Assembly (NCBI RefSeq): GCF_006345805.1
Contig: NC_042997.1
Span: 57,908,001-57,972,000 of the forward strand
DNA: 64,000 nucleotides
From: Octopus sinensis
Taxonomy: Eukaryota
Direction: 5' to 3'
Program-made: the position numbers and the translations under genes
The notes under the pieces: generated by a model
What the model saw: only the letters and a program-made list of their open reading frames with translations
Databases searched by the model: none
Told to the model about the DNA's origin: nothing
In this document: positions 25,020-41,610 of the stretch, piece after piece
Layout: every line of letters begins with the position of its first letter
How positions within the stretch are numbered: position 1 is the first letter of the stretch

Positions 25020-26812
25020 TGTCAGTAAGGTGAGGGTTGGCAACGAGTGTAGTGAAGAATTCCGAGTAGAAGTAGGGGTCCACCAAGGATTAGTCCTCAT
25101 CCCTCTCTTATTCATTATAGTCCTCCAGGCAATAACAGAGGAATTTAAGACAGGCTGCCCCTGGAAGCTCCTCTATGCTGATGACCTTATTCTAATAGCT
25201 GAGTCACTGCCAGAACTGGAGACAAAGTTTTGGATGTGGAAGCAAGATCTAGAATTGAAGGGCCTTAGAATCAGTCTAGCAAATACCAAAGTCTTAGTGA
25301 GTAGGAAGGCTGTCAAATCACAACCCACTTCAGGTAGATGGCCCTGCTCGATCTGTAGAAAAGGCTTGGGTAGAAACTCCATATGATGTACCAGGTGTAA
25401 GCTATGGGCACATAAAAGGTGCAGCAATATCAAAGGAAGGTTAACTGGGAAAATAGTTTTTGTGTGTGGAAGATGCACTGGGGCAATAAACACTGAAGAT
25501 GTACAGAAAACAGATTCCATCACATGCCAGGAGGAGAAGCTAGAAGTAGTTAATAGCCTCTGCTACCTAGGCAACTAAGTCTGTAGTGGGGGCAGTTGCT
25601 CTGAGAGTGTAGCGACTAGAGTAAGAATAGCCTGGGCAAAGTTCAGAGAGCTCCTACCTCTGCTGGCAACTAAGAATCTCTCACTCAGAGTGAAAGGTAG
25701 ACTGTATGATGCATGTATGCAAACTGCCATGCTACACAGCAGTGAAACATGGGCTATGAATGTTGAGGACATGCGTAGGCTTGAAAGAAATGAAGCTAGA
25801 ATACTCCGCTGGATGTGTAATGTCAGTGTGCATATACGACAGAGTGTAAGCACCCTGAGAGAAAAGTTGGGCTTAAAAAGCATCAAATGTGGTGTGCAAG
25901 AGAGGTGACTGCACTGGTATGGCCATGTGTTACATATGAATGAAGACAGCTGTGTGAGGAAGTGCCACTCCCTAACTGTGGAAGACGTAGACCCAGGAAG
26001 ACCTGGGATGAGGTGGTGAAGCATGACCTTCGTACACTGGTCCTCACAGAGGCAATGGCAGGAGACTGGGACCTTTGGAGATATGCTGTAATTGAGAAGA
26101 CCCAGCAGTTAAAGTGAGATTGCAGCCACACATGTCTGGCCTTGTTAAGAATACTCCTGTTGTGTCGGGCAATACATATGCTTGAGAAGACCTGTTGAGT
26201 CAAATAAAGCTAATATTGTAGCTGGGGCCAGTGCCCCTAACTGGCTCCCATGCTGGTGGCACATAAAAAGCGCCATCCAAACGTGGTTGATGCCAAGTCA
26301 GCCTGACTGGCTTCCGTGCGGTGGCACGTAAAAAGCACCAACCAAAAGTGGCCAATGCCAGTACCCCTAGACTGGCTTGCGTGCCAGTGGCATGGAAAAA
26401 GCACCATCCGAATGTGGTCGATGCTAGGTCCACCTGACTGGCTCCTGTGCTGGTGGCACGTAAAAGGCACCATCCGAATGTGGTCGATGCCAAGCCTGCC
26501 TGTGCCAGTGGCATGTAAAAAGCACCAATCAATCATGACCGATGCCAGTACTCCCTGACTAGCTCCTGTGCCAATGGCATATAAAAAGCACATCTGAACG
26601 TGATTGTTGCCAGACCCGCCTGATTGGCTCCTGTGTCGGTAGCATGTAAAAAGCACCCACTACACTCTCAGAGTGGTTGGTGTTAAGCACATCCAGCTGT
26701 AGAAACATTGCCAGATCAGATTGGAGCCTGGTGCAGCCACTGGCTCTCCAGACCTCAGTCAAACCATCCAGCCTATGCCACCATGGGAAACGGTCGTCAA
26801 ACGATGATGATG
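25020..26812 (+). mobile_element. 5'-truncated RTE-clade LINE with a repeat-rich 3' UTR and (GAT)n tail
   Basis: VEVGVHQG..L.PLLF..V and LLYADDL (RT) followed by the RTE C-terminal region (WPCSICRK, GRLYDAC..TAMLHSSETW); stops present; tail gatgatgatgatg at ~26800. Confidence 0.93.
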
Positions 26813-27880
26813 ATGCTGCTGATAAAATACATCAAGTACAGGGCATCACCAATGAGTGAAAATTACGTAGACACCTGAGTGATAAGTACAGGATGAATTA
26901 CCAAAAAATACACAATAAGAACAGGACATCACCAATGAGTGAAAAATACATAAATGCATAATGAGAGACAAGTACGGGATAAAATACCAAAAAACAGTCT
27001 AACCCCTCCTCAGTTGTTGACTGTTAATTACTCCCTATTTGGAGCTTTCAATGACAATACAGGAAAACTTCATAAAACAGCATATCTAGAAATTTTAAAA
27101 ATATAAAATTTCTGGAGAATTAGAGCTTTGAACGAACAAACAATGACAGAGTGGATGTACGGTGTAAACAATTGATGAAGACAAACATTAAGGGTTGTTA
27201 GGCCAATGGGTAACACCTGGGAGAAATTTTGAAAGGATATAGAATAAATACAAGAGAAAAAGTGAGAGAAAAAATGTTTCTCAAAGGATCTTTCTCTTGC
27301 AAGTTACTTGGTGGCCTTGCTGGTGTGGGTAACATGTAAAAAGCACTCAGTCCACTCTGGAAAATGGTTGGCATTAGGAAGGGCATCCAACCATAAAAAG
27401 TGTGCCAAAACAGTGGAGCTTGGTGCAGTTCTCTGGCTTGCTTGCTCATGTCAATCTACTCAACACATGCCAGCATGGAAAACAGACATTAAATGATAAA
27501 TATATATATATATATATATATAAAGATGACAATGTGTGTGTGTGTATCTATCTGTCAGTCTGTCTGTGTGATTCCCTAAAACTTGAGAACTACACAACCG
27601 ATTTCTTACCGATGCCTTACTTAGGATCCATACGGTGTCATGGGTCAAAAAAAATTTTCAACTTCTTGCCTAATGTGAGCCCAGAGCAATCTCATATCTC
27701 TTACACTATTTCAGTCTTATATGTCAAAAGTGAAACAATAACATCTATCTATTGTAATGTGAAATACTTTCATTTTAATAGTTTCACTATTAATACTGAA
27801 ACTATTAAAGTGAAACTATTATTTCACATACATACATATATACATACAAACATACACATATGTGTGTGTGTGTGTGTGTG

Positions 27881-28040
27881 AAATTATAATTTAGGGTATC
27901 TAAGAGATACCTCCTCACTGGTAATAGCAGTCAAAACCTCTCTCCTGGTGCTGTATGAACATTTAATGTGGTTTTAGAGTCAAGTTTTGGCTGCTATTTC
28001 CAGCGTGGAGGTATCTCTAAGATACCCTAAATTATAATTT
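27881..28040. mobile_element. 160-bp fold-back element with ~57-bp arms
   Basis: aaattataatttagggtatctaagagatacctcc... and its reverse complement ending 28040. Confidence 0.85.
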
Positions 28041-28144
28041 TAATAATAATTATTATCTTTGAAGGTTTTTATTCCCATGCTGGCCACTTGATAAGATCGA
28101 TATTTAAATTAACACTCTTATCATCCTTATTTATATAAATTACA

Positions 28145-28544
28145 ACAACAAAACATCCAGACAGTTAGATGATACAAAAAGGGACAAGAAAAACAAGGAC
28201 AAGTCATTCCCTGCCGTAAGGCTTCACTTTCACACATGCCAGCTTAATTTAATTCGTCTTTAGTCGAAAGACACTTGTTGTTGATGTCCTCTTATTTGTA
28301 TTTGTAAAATCTAAGCTAAGAGCACTAGATTCCTTGGAAGAAAGCAAATGTGTACGAAAACAAGGACGGGAAAAAACAGAGAAATAGTACACAAATATAA
28401 ATGCAAATAACAGGTGTCTTTCAACTAAAGATGAATTAAATTAAGCTGGCATGTGTGGAAGTGAAGCCTTACGGCAGGGAATGACTTGTCCTTGTTTTTT
28501 CTTGTCCCTTTTTGTATCATCTAACTGTCTGGATGTTTTGTTGT
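28145..28544. repeat. Fold-back with ~135-bp near-perfect inverted arms (28145-28279 / 28409-28544)
   Basis: acaacaaaacatccagacagttagatgatacaaaaagggac... is mirrored by ...gtccctttttgtatcatctaactgtctggatgttttgttgt. Confidence 0.9.
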
Positions 28545-28861
28545 CACCTGTTGCATTCTTGTCCCTTTTTTGTATTCTTTTTTATATACATATAGCGATG
28601 TATGTACACTCTGGTCTATTATATATATGTGTGTGTGTGTGTGTGTATACATCTGCACATATGTATATATATATAAATGTATAGATGTAGAGTATACATG
28701 TATATGTATGTACATGTATATATATTTATAAATATATGTATGCATATATATGTATGCATGTATATATTTGTATATATATATATGTACGTATAAATATATA
28801 GAGATGGTATATGTAATTTGTACACACATATATACACATATATACATGCACACATATATTT

Positions 28862-28908
<47 letters not shown>

Positions 28909-28964
28909 ATTATATATATATATATATATATGTACATATATGCGTACATACATACATATACATA

Positions 28965-32437
<3,473 letters not shown>

Positions 32438-32444
32438 ATATATA

Positions 32445-32750
32445 TGTGGAAGCACATGGCCTAGTGGTTAGAGCAGCGGACTTGTGGTTGAGGGATCACA
32501 GGTTCAAATCTCAGACCGGGTGATGTGTGGGTTTAGGAGTGAAACAGCTAAGTTCCATGCGGCTCCCGCAGAAGGTAATGGCAAACTTCTGCTGACTCTT
32601 TCGCCACAACTTTCTCTCACTCTTTCCTCCTGCATCTTGCAGCTCACCTGCAATGGACCAGCGTCCCTTCCAGGTGGAGAACCTATACGCCAAGGAAACT
32701 GGGAAACCGGCCCTATAAGCCAGGCATGGCTTGAAAAGGAACAAATAATA
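32445..32750 (+). mobile_element. tRNA-derived SINE
   Basis: A-box-like tggcctagtggttagagc and B-box-like ggttcaaatct; body related to 43590-43890. Confidence 0.8.
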
Positions 32751-34084
32751 ATAATAATAATGATGATATATATATATATATATATATATAGGTGCAGGTG
32801 TAGCTGTATGGTAAGAAACTTGGTTCCAAAGCACATGGTCCCACTGTGTGGTAAGTTGACACGTGTCTTCTGCTATAGCCTTAGATCAACTAAAGCCTTG
32901 TGAGTTGATTTGGTAGACAGAAACTGAAAGAAATCTATCGTATATGTATATATATGTAAGTGTATGTGCTTCTCCCTCATCACTGCTTGACAACTGGTGT
33001 TGGTTTATTTACATTGCCATAACTTACTGGTTTGACAAGAAGAGACCGATAGAATAAGTACCAAGCTTATAAAAATAAAACAAATACATTGGGATCGATT
33101 CAGTCGACAAAGAATTCGACAGATGTAATGCAGTATATGTTTGAAAATGAGGCCATAAACCCCATGAAAATTCATGTAATTTTGCTGTTGATGAAATTTT
33201 AAACCATAGATATTAGACACAAATGAAGTAATATTCCTAAAATTTCAACTTCTTATGAGTTAGTAAGACCCTTTAATGGGGGTTTAACCCCCACAATTTA
33301 GTCACTTTTTATAAGCCAAGACAAATACAATTGTAGTCTTGGAAGCTGTACAATCACCTGAGTATACAAGATGAGTGCTATTTGTAATTCAATGATACAA
33401 CTGTGTAAGAGTTTACTTTGAAATATATTTAGATTGTGATTTCTGCAATGTGGTGCATAAATTGTCCATGTAAAGGAGAAGCATCTTTGTCTCCACTGAT
33501 TCAGTTGCAAAGTGTTATTTTGAGTAAAGTTATTTGGCTGCAGACCTCCTTTGAGTTTTTTTTTATTATCATTGGGTCAGAGATAGTCCCCAGATGGTAA
33601 CATTAATTTCAAGGTCTTTGCAGATAAGTGATTGGTCATTCAAAGACATTTATAGATTGCAAATTTATTCTATAAGGTTACCTATCTGCATAGTGATCAT
33701 TGGCAAACTCCAGAGGTGGCACTTACATTTCCCCTTAGTCCTCACGTCACACAGTTGTTACTGTTTATTTCAGTTGGGTCATACCCTTCCAATTGCTATA
33801 GATCATTAATGCATCTTACAGCTGTGCCGGTCACCTGTATGGTGAGGAATCCTACAGTGGGGAGCGGTAATAACTAGGGTAGGGTAGCTGATTGCTTATT
33901 GTGATCATTTGTCTTTTAGATTCCTGTAGCTTTGCTCTCTTATACAAACCCAGTGAGCATTCATATATTTCCAATTTTGAAGAAATTTAAATAATAGATA
34001 TAAAACACAAGTTAAAAAAGTTTCCCAACAATTCAACTTCTCTGGTTGACTTTAAGACCACCTGCTAATAGGGGCTTTACTCAC

Positions 34085-34163
34085 ACATTTTAGAGCTCTA
34101 TGTGCTCCATTTTTCAGGAGCAAAACCCTTTGAATAGGTTTTATAAGATTTGGATTTTGGAAT
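34085..34163 (-). CDS. Candidate internal exon (79 nt) of a minus-strand gene
   Basis: Acceptor ctttatgcttAG and donor GTGAGT; reads FQNPNLIKPIQRVLLLKNGAHRALKC (open) or IPKSKSYKTYSKGFAPEKWST*. Confidence 0.5.
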
Positions 34164-34371
34164 CTAAGCATAAAGATGAGTATTATGGAATAAATATGTC
34201 ATGATTAGAATTTTTGTTAGGGTGGGTAAAGAGGAAAAGAACCCTCATTAAAATTCTTAATCTCCAATTTTAATGAAATTCATATCATAGATATTCCAGT
34301 TCATTAGAGAAAATATAAAAGAAAAGTCTAATTCTTCAATTCCATATGACACAGGCAACATTGGGTATATC

Positions 34372-34405
<34 letters not shown>

Positions 34406-34408
<3 letters not shown>

Positions 34409-35680
34409 GGTTTGGGCAGAATAATGGAAACACCTTAAAATTTCAAACAAATTAATTTTAATATGAGGTTGGATGCCTTTGGCAATAATTACAACTTGAA
34501 TTCTATAAGATATGGACTCGTATAAAGTTTGAATTGTTTCCAAAGGAATTTTTGTTCATTCTTCAGCTAAAACAGTCTCCAGTTCTTGTAGTGATGATGG
34601 TGGAGGATATTGACTCCTTACTTGCTTTTCTAAAATGCACCATAAATGTTCAATAATATTGAGATCTGGGAACTGTGGTGGCAAGATAAGATGTTCAACT
34701 TCACTAGAATGTTCCTTGTGCCATTCAGTAACAACTTTAGTTGTGTGAATTGGTGCATTATCATCCTGAAAGATTGTGCTCCTTCTGGAAACAGTTCAAC
34801 AACTATAGGATAAATTTGATCAGATAAAATGCTTAAATAGTCTTGACTATTAATTCTGCCAAGAAGGGAAACCATTAGGCTGGCAGATTTCCAAGTATAG
34901 CCCCCCTCCCCCGATCATCACAGATCCTCCACCATGTTTAACAGTTGGAAGAAGGCAGTCTGGGTCAAATGTTTCTTTTGGCTGTCTTCACACGTTTACT
35001 CAGCCGCTAGTTGGAAAAAAAGTAAAGAATGACTCGTCCGAGAAAATAACATTTTTCCACTGCTCTAGGGACCAATTCTGTAGGTTTTTACTCCACTCTA
35101 AACACTTTGTAATGTTTGTTTTTGAAAGTAGTGGTTTTCTGATTGCAGCCCTCCTGTGAAATCTGGCTTTGTGCAGCTCCCAGCAAACAGTTTTTGTGGA
35201 AACTGGGTTCTTGAGGTGGTCATTAAACTCTGCAGTAATTTTGGGAGCTGTACTTTTGTGATCCTTTCTAACAATTTGTGTAAGAGTCTGATGGTCTCTA
35301 TCTGAAAGTTTTGGTTTTCTTCTGGAGTTTTGTTTTGATGAGGAGGTTTTTCCCTCTTTCTGAAAGGCTGTCATTACTTTTGAGACAGTACTTCTTGATA
35401 TACCAAACATTTCAGCTGTTTTCATTATGCTAGCCCCTGCCATATGAGCACCAACAGTTTGACCTCTTTGAAAGTTCAATAGATCTGACATTTTAATGAA
35501 TTTCAATTACCTTTTTCTGATGATTTCTGAAAAGAAACAGCAATTTTAGCAAAATATAGTAAGTGACACTAAAAATAAATCAAAAAACATAAAAATAAAC
35601 AAGCTTTTGACAGTTTTATAGATATTTCAAAATTATGATGCTATGATGCTAGGTATTTCCATTATTTTGTCCAACCCCTG
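34406..35680 (-). mobile_element. Complete but decayed Tc1 element in a TA context
   Basis: TIRs CAGGG(T/G)TTGG(G/A)CA(G/A)AATAATGGAAA(C/T)ACC flanked by TA; ORF 35000-35506 reads LLNFQRGQTVGA...WKNVIFSDES. Confidence 0.95.
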
Positions 35681-37218
35681 TATATGTATATATGTGTGTG
35701 TGTGTGTGTGAGTGCATATGTGTAAATAGATGTGACAGGAAATATGCAGCTTCAGAGAAGCCCCACCCACCTCAGCAAAATACCACTTTTGTTACTACAC
35801 AGAACCACTCCATCGTTCACCACTCCACTGAATCAACAACTATCCTCTCCCACCACCATACATCTTCCACCTTTCTCGTGCACTATGCTTCCCTCTCTCT
35901 CATCCTTCTCTTCTCTACTGTTTCAGCATTGCTCTTCTGATGCTCAGCACAATCAATCATTGTCTACCCCTACTCCATCACTCACTTCTAAAATGTGTGT
36001 AGTCATGTAGCTCTTCTACATCTAGAAACCTGTTCGACTCTGGCTCCTTCTCGAATACTTTTACCATTCTTATGCCCCTTATCTCCTAATGGGAAGATTC
36101 CCTATCTCCTGAAGTCTTGCAAGCTGCATGAAGGCCTCACTAGTGCTGGTGACATGAAAAAAGCACTCATTACATGCTGTGAATTGGTTGGCATTAGGAA
36201 GGGTGTCCAGCTGTAAAAATGTCAAAGAAGACACTGGGGTATGAATCAGTCCTTGGGCCCATTAAATCCTGTCACACTATCCAACTCATGTGAACATGGA
36301 CATAAAATGATAATTATGATATATGCACATATATATATATATATATGTGTGTGTACACAATATATATATATGTATATATATGTGTATATTTATATATATA
36401 TATATGTGTGTGTGTATATATATATATTATATTGATGTGGCAATAAACATCACACACACACATGTATAATAAATTATATATATGTGTGTGTGTATTTAGT
36501 TATGCATGTATATATATGTTGGTGATTGCTCCCTTTCACAGGATGATTGCTGTCTCCTGATGCTTCCGTGTCTATGCCATTTGTGACCTTCTGTCCATGA
36601 TCTCTCAGTCTTGTTGTAGATTTGCATCATTTAAAGCATAGGTGACTGATGAAAGGTGTAATTTACTGTGTTATGCTAACTAGCTAGTTCTGCACATGTT
36701 GCTACTCTTCAATCACCATAGGGCCTCAGTAGATGGAATGACAGATGAGATCTCCCTAAAGAGACTGGGTATGACTTAAAACTGCATCTGAAAGTGGGGC
36801 TCTGGTTCAGGAGTTCCAGTGTTTTGAGGAGTGTGAAATCACCTCTTAGCCAATATTGCTCCCTAGTCTACTCTGACCCAGAGCAGGAGCATCTAAGGTG
36901 GTGAGCTGGCAGAATCATTACCATGCTGGGCAAAATACTTTGTGGCATTTTGTCCATCTTCACATTGTGAGTACAAATTCTGCTGAGGTCAATTTTGCCT
37001 TTCATCCTTTTGGGGTTGATGGATTAAGCACCAATGAAACACTGGGATTGATGTAATCAACTAGTCCACACCACCCAAATTTCAGGCCTTGTGCCTTTAG
37101 TAGAAAGGATGATATATCAAAATAGGAAGGTTGAAGAATTTTCTGGTATCAGTTATTCACTATTGCCCATACCTCATTTGCTTGTAGGAATTACATAGTT
37201 GTACATGTTGGATAAATG

Positions 37219-37324
37219 TGTAAGAAATTTCTATTAGAAATTCTTCAGACAGAGAATCAAATAATACTTATTACATATTATTTGATTCTCTGTCTGATGA
37301 ATTTCTAACAGGAAATTTCTTACA
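37219..37324. other. ~106-nt hairpin, ~48-bp arms, ~8-nt loop
   Basis: tgtaagaaattt...cagacagagaatcaaataata / tattatttgattctctgtctg...aaatttcttaca, with about 3 mismatches or indels. Confidence 0.9.
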
Positions 37325-37355
37325 TGTGTATCTGATATGTACGACTTTGTGAATC
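37324..37355 (-). CDS. Candidate 32-nt exon of the same minus-strand gene
   Basis: Acceptor gtttctttgctaatAG and donor GTAAGA; all three frames are open. Confidence 0.45.
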
Positions 37356-37905
37356 CTATTAGCAAAGAAACATGTATAATAATGAATAAATAATACCAGA
37401 CCTTCCACATTCCTATTTTGTAATACATGCTGGTGTCACATAAAAAGCACTCAGTCCACTCTGTGGTGTGGTTGATGTTAGGAAGGGCATCCAGCCGTAA
37501 AAACCATGCCAAAACATACTGATGCCTGGTGCAATCTTCTACCTTACGAGCTCCTGTCAAACCGTCCAACCCATGCCTGCATAGAAAGCAGACATTAGCT
37601 GATGATGACGATATATACCCATGCCAGCATGGCAGACGAACGTTAAGCGATGATGATGATGACGATACATGTATATATATATTGTCATATATTTGTCGTA
37701 TATGAATATCTCTCACATAGAAGCATGTACGTGTGTGTGTGTGTGTGATTGCGCGCGCATAATATATTACTATATCAAACGTGTATTTTGCTTCATGACC
37801 ATATGAAGGTACGCTTGCTTTCATATTTAGTTACAAGCCTTCTCAGGTGTCAAGGACTTTGCTGAGCGACTCAAGGATGTTTCAAGGATAGAGGTTGTCA
37901 GTTAC

Positions 37906-37948
37906 GGAAGTGTCTATTTTCCGCATCATAGTTTCTCCATTCTGTCAT
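37906..37948 (-). CDS. Candidate first coding exon (MTEWRNYDAENRHF, or MMRKIDTS from 37929)
   Basis: ATGs lie in a CpG-retaining patch; donor GTAACT at 37905-37900 is moderately weak. Confidence 0.3.
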
Positions 37949-38304
37949 TCTCTTTAACAGCTGCTCTGTTCAACCGCTTTTTTTTCAACGCTCTTGTTAT
38001 TTTAACCTTCATAGGGGTTGCAGTTTATTGGTTGAGTTTATGACTCCAGTCGTTTTATTATTGTCTCGGGTCCTTGTGGCCAATAAAAGAAATTATTATT
38101 ATTGTTCCTTCTCCTTCAGTGTATACCGTGTGTACTTTCTTTCCTTTTTCTCTTTTTATTTTTATCATTTCATTATATATAACCCCCCCCACACACACAC
38201 ACACAAAGCGTGGGGGTTAAATATATCTTTGTATTGTCATCCTTGTGGCAAATACATGAAATCATCATCATCATCATCATCATTATCATCATTATTATTA
38301 TTAG

Positions 38305-38700
38305 TAGCTGGCAGAATCGTTAGCACGCTGGGCGAAATGCGTAGCCGTATTTTCGTCTGACGTTACGTTCTGAGTTCAAATTCCGCCGAGGTCGACTTTG
38401 CCCCCTTTCGGGGTCGATTAAATAAGTACCAGTTACGCACTGAGGTCGATATAATCGACTTAATCCGTTTGTCTGTCCTTGTTTGTCCTCTCTGTGTTTA
38501 GCCCTTTGTGGGTAGTAAAGAAATAGGTATTTCGGGGTAGTCGGTTATTATTATTATTATTATTGACTCAGGTGTTCAACTGGTACTTATTTTATCAACC
38601 TGAAAGGATGAAAGGCAAAGTCGACCTCGGCAGAATTTGGATTCAGAATGTAAAGACGGATATTTTGTCCAGCATGCTAACAATTCTGCCAGCTTTCTGT
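38305..38700. mobile_element. Tail-to-tail pair of Meta-domain-like SINEs
   Basis: + copy at 38305-38530 and - copy at 38560-38700. Confidence 0.85.
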
Positions 38701-39667
38701 CTTATGTAAAACGAAATATTACAAAACTAATTTATTAGATTATTTTCTCATGCAGCAGTTGTGTAATATAGTGTGACACATGTAAGGTTTTTTATAACGA
38801 CAGTTTAGGCCCTTAGAATTACGATGTATATTATATATGGTAACGTATATATTGACTTGATTGTATACACATAATAGCTGTAACCTTGTATTTAAAGCAT
38901 CTGTACAACTGTATGCAGTTGGTAAGCACCTACGAGCTTGTAAATAGCTCTAAGTATAGTTGCTAATACGTCTGGATTTACACACTTAGGTATCAGCGGG
39001 CTTACATAGAAATATGAAAGACTTATAGAAAGATAGGTATTGTAAAATAAGTATACGACAAGCAGCCATTAAGTTTTAGAAGTCAATCACTTGGCAAAAT
39101 GTCTAGATTCTTGCTTTATTACTAAAACTGAAATCAATAGCAATTGATATTTTTCTCTACTTTTCCCCATTTTCCTCCATTTTTCTTTTTGCCTGAGATA
39201 CAAATCACATTTACAGTAAAAGGAATGGTAATTGATTTGAGCCCCTCACGATATTCCTTGTACTTATTGATGTGGGAAGAAAACCATTAGTCTGGTTGTG
39301 TGACAGTTGCATTAATTCCAGTACTATGTACATATTAATTAACTATTATTTGTAGAAACATTGACTCTTTATAGAAATTGTGTTTGCTTAGGATTGAAGT
39401 ATAATAGATATACTTTAAGAGAAAAAGCTGTGTGATGTTGCAACTATTATTGAGGCTATTAACAATTTAAGTGAAATCAAATAACTCCTGCTGAATATCA
39501 TAACTTGACTGCAAACTTGCATTTATTGGAGCATAACTCTGGCACCTCTTTTTCAAATATTCGTGTTGATTTTATTTATTGGAGCATAATTTAGCACCTC
39601 TTATTCAAATATTCATGTTGATTTTATTTGACTTATAAAGATACTAACTATAGAAGTAATGTTCATA

Positions 39668-41610
39668 TAAGGTGGCAAGCTGGCAGAGTCACTACTGCAA
39701 TGGATAAAATGCTTAGTGCATTTCTTCCAACTTTACCTTCTAGGTTCAAAAGGCACTGTAGTCAACTTTGCCTTTATTATTTTGGAGGTTGATAAAAAAA
39801 AAATAAAGCACCAGTTGAGCGTTGGGTTGATGTAATCGATTCTCCCACATCACAATTGCTAGTCTTGTGCCAAAATTTGAAACCAATGTTCATATAATAT
39901 CTACACAACTTCTGATTTCCTTTAGAAACTGACACTGAATATATTTACAGAAATACTGGTTTACATATAAAGCTACAGTCTGTCTTTAGTGTTAGTGTCA
40001 ATGTGTGTGTTTTAAAGGAACGATACGTTTTTTAAATGACTTTTCTGAGAGGAGAGGCTTGAAATGTTTAGTTTTTATAGGTCAACTGATTTGCTGTCTA
40101 CATTTATAACCCTTAGAGTTGCTGCTAGCTTAGTCAATAGGGAATTGGTCCTGCAGCCACAAGCATCTTAGTTTGTATATTATTACAGTCATTACCTTGA
40201 GTTCAAATCCTCCCAAGGTCATTTTTGCATTTTTATCCTCTCAGGTGTCTGGATAATAATTCTTTCTATTATAATAAAAGGCTTGGAATTTAGAGGGAAG
40301 GGGGTTTAGCTTATTACATTGACCCCCAGTGCTCAACTGGTACTTATTTTATTGACCCCAAAAGAATGAAAGGTAAAGTCAACTTTAGTGGAATTTGGAC
40401 TCAGAATGTAAAGACAGATGAAATACTGTTTAAGTATTTTCTCAGGTGTGCTAATGATTCTGCCAGTTTGCTACTTTAGGTATCTGAATAATAATGAAAA
40501 GAAAGAAAGACAGAAATAGACAGACACATAGACAGACAGACAGAGGGAGAGTCTAAACGGATACTTGACCTATGATACACACACTCATATACACTTGACC
40601 TGTGAGTAGTAACTGCAAAGTCGCTTTACTGACTTATAGGTTGAGAACTGATTGGATATCTGTACTGCGAGGTGATTGTCTCTACTGAAATTTTATCTGT
40701 CTGCATTCCACTTCTCCTGCTATGATTTCTAATATAGGCACAAAGTCACAAATGTTGGGGAAGGATGTAGTTGAAATAATGGACTCAGTAATTGACTTAT
40801 GCTTTATTTTATATCAATCTAAGAAGGATTTGGATTTAGAATGTAAAGAGGGGCTACTAAAGTGCCAACTAAATGCCACTAAATAAAAAGCTAGTGGTAA
40901 CTAGATACCACCTAGTAATTCCAATACATCTACTACTATTACAATGGTTGTAATGATGGTTTCAAATTTTGGTGCAAGGCCAGCAATTTTGGGTAAGGGG
41001 ATAAGTCGATTACATCAATTCCAACACTCAACTGGTACTTATTTTATTGACCACCAACAGGATGAAAGACAAAGTCATCCCCAGCAGCATTTGAACTCAG
41101 AATGTGAAGACAGATGAAATGCTTCAAAGCACTTTGCCCAGCGTACTAATGATTCTGTCAGCTCATTGCCTTATGAGATGAATAGTAATACTGATTTCAA
41201 ATTTTGGCACAAGGCCAGCAATTTCAGGGGAGAGGTTAAGTCAATTACACTGACCCCAGGGCTTAACTGATACTTATTTTATTGACCCTGTAAAGATGAA
41301 AAGCAAATTTGACTTTGGCAGAATTTGAACTCAGAATGTAAAGATGGACAAAATGCTACTTAGCATTTTGCCCAGTGTGCTAACAATTCTGCCAGCTGGT
41401 AGTGATAATCCTTTCTACTATAGGCTCAAGGCCTGAAATTTAGGGGAGGGGTACAGTTGATTACATCGATCCCGGTACTCAACTGATACTTATTTTACTG
41501 ACCCCGAAAGGATGAAAGACAAAGTCAACCTCGGCAAAAGTTGAACTCAGAAAATAAAACCGGACGAAATGCCACTAAGCATTTTGCCTGGCGTGTTAAC
41601 GATTTTACCT
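39668..41610. mobile_element. Cluster of five CpG-decayed Meta-domain-like SINE copies
   Basis: One + copy (39668) and four - copies (~40270, 40955, 41190, 41410). Confidence 0.85.

Noticed and set aside
27895-27980. WYLRDTSSLVIAVK reading as USP exon 2
   Set aside because: It falls within the arm of a fold-back element and stops after 27 codons.
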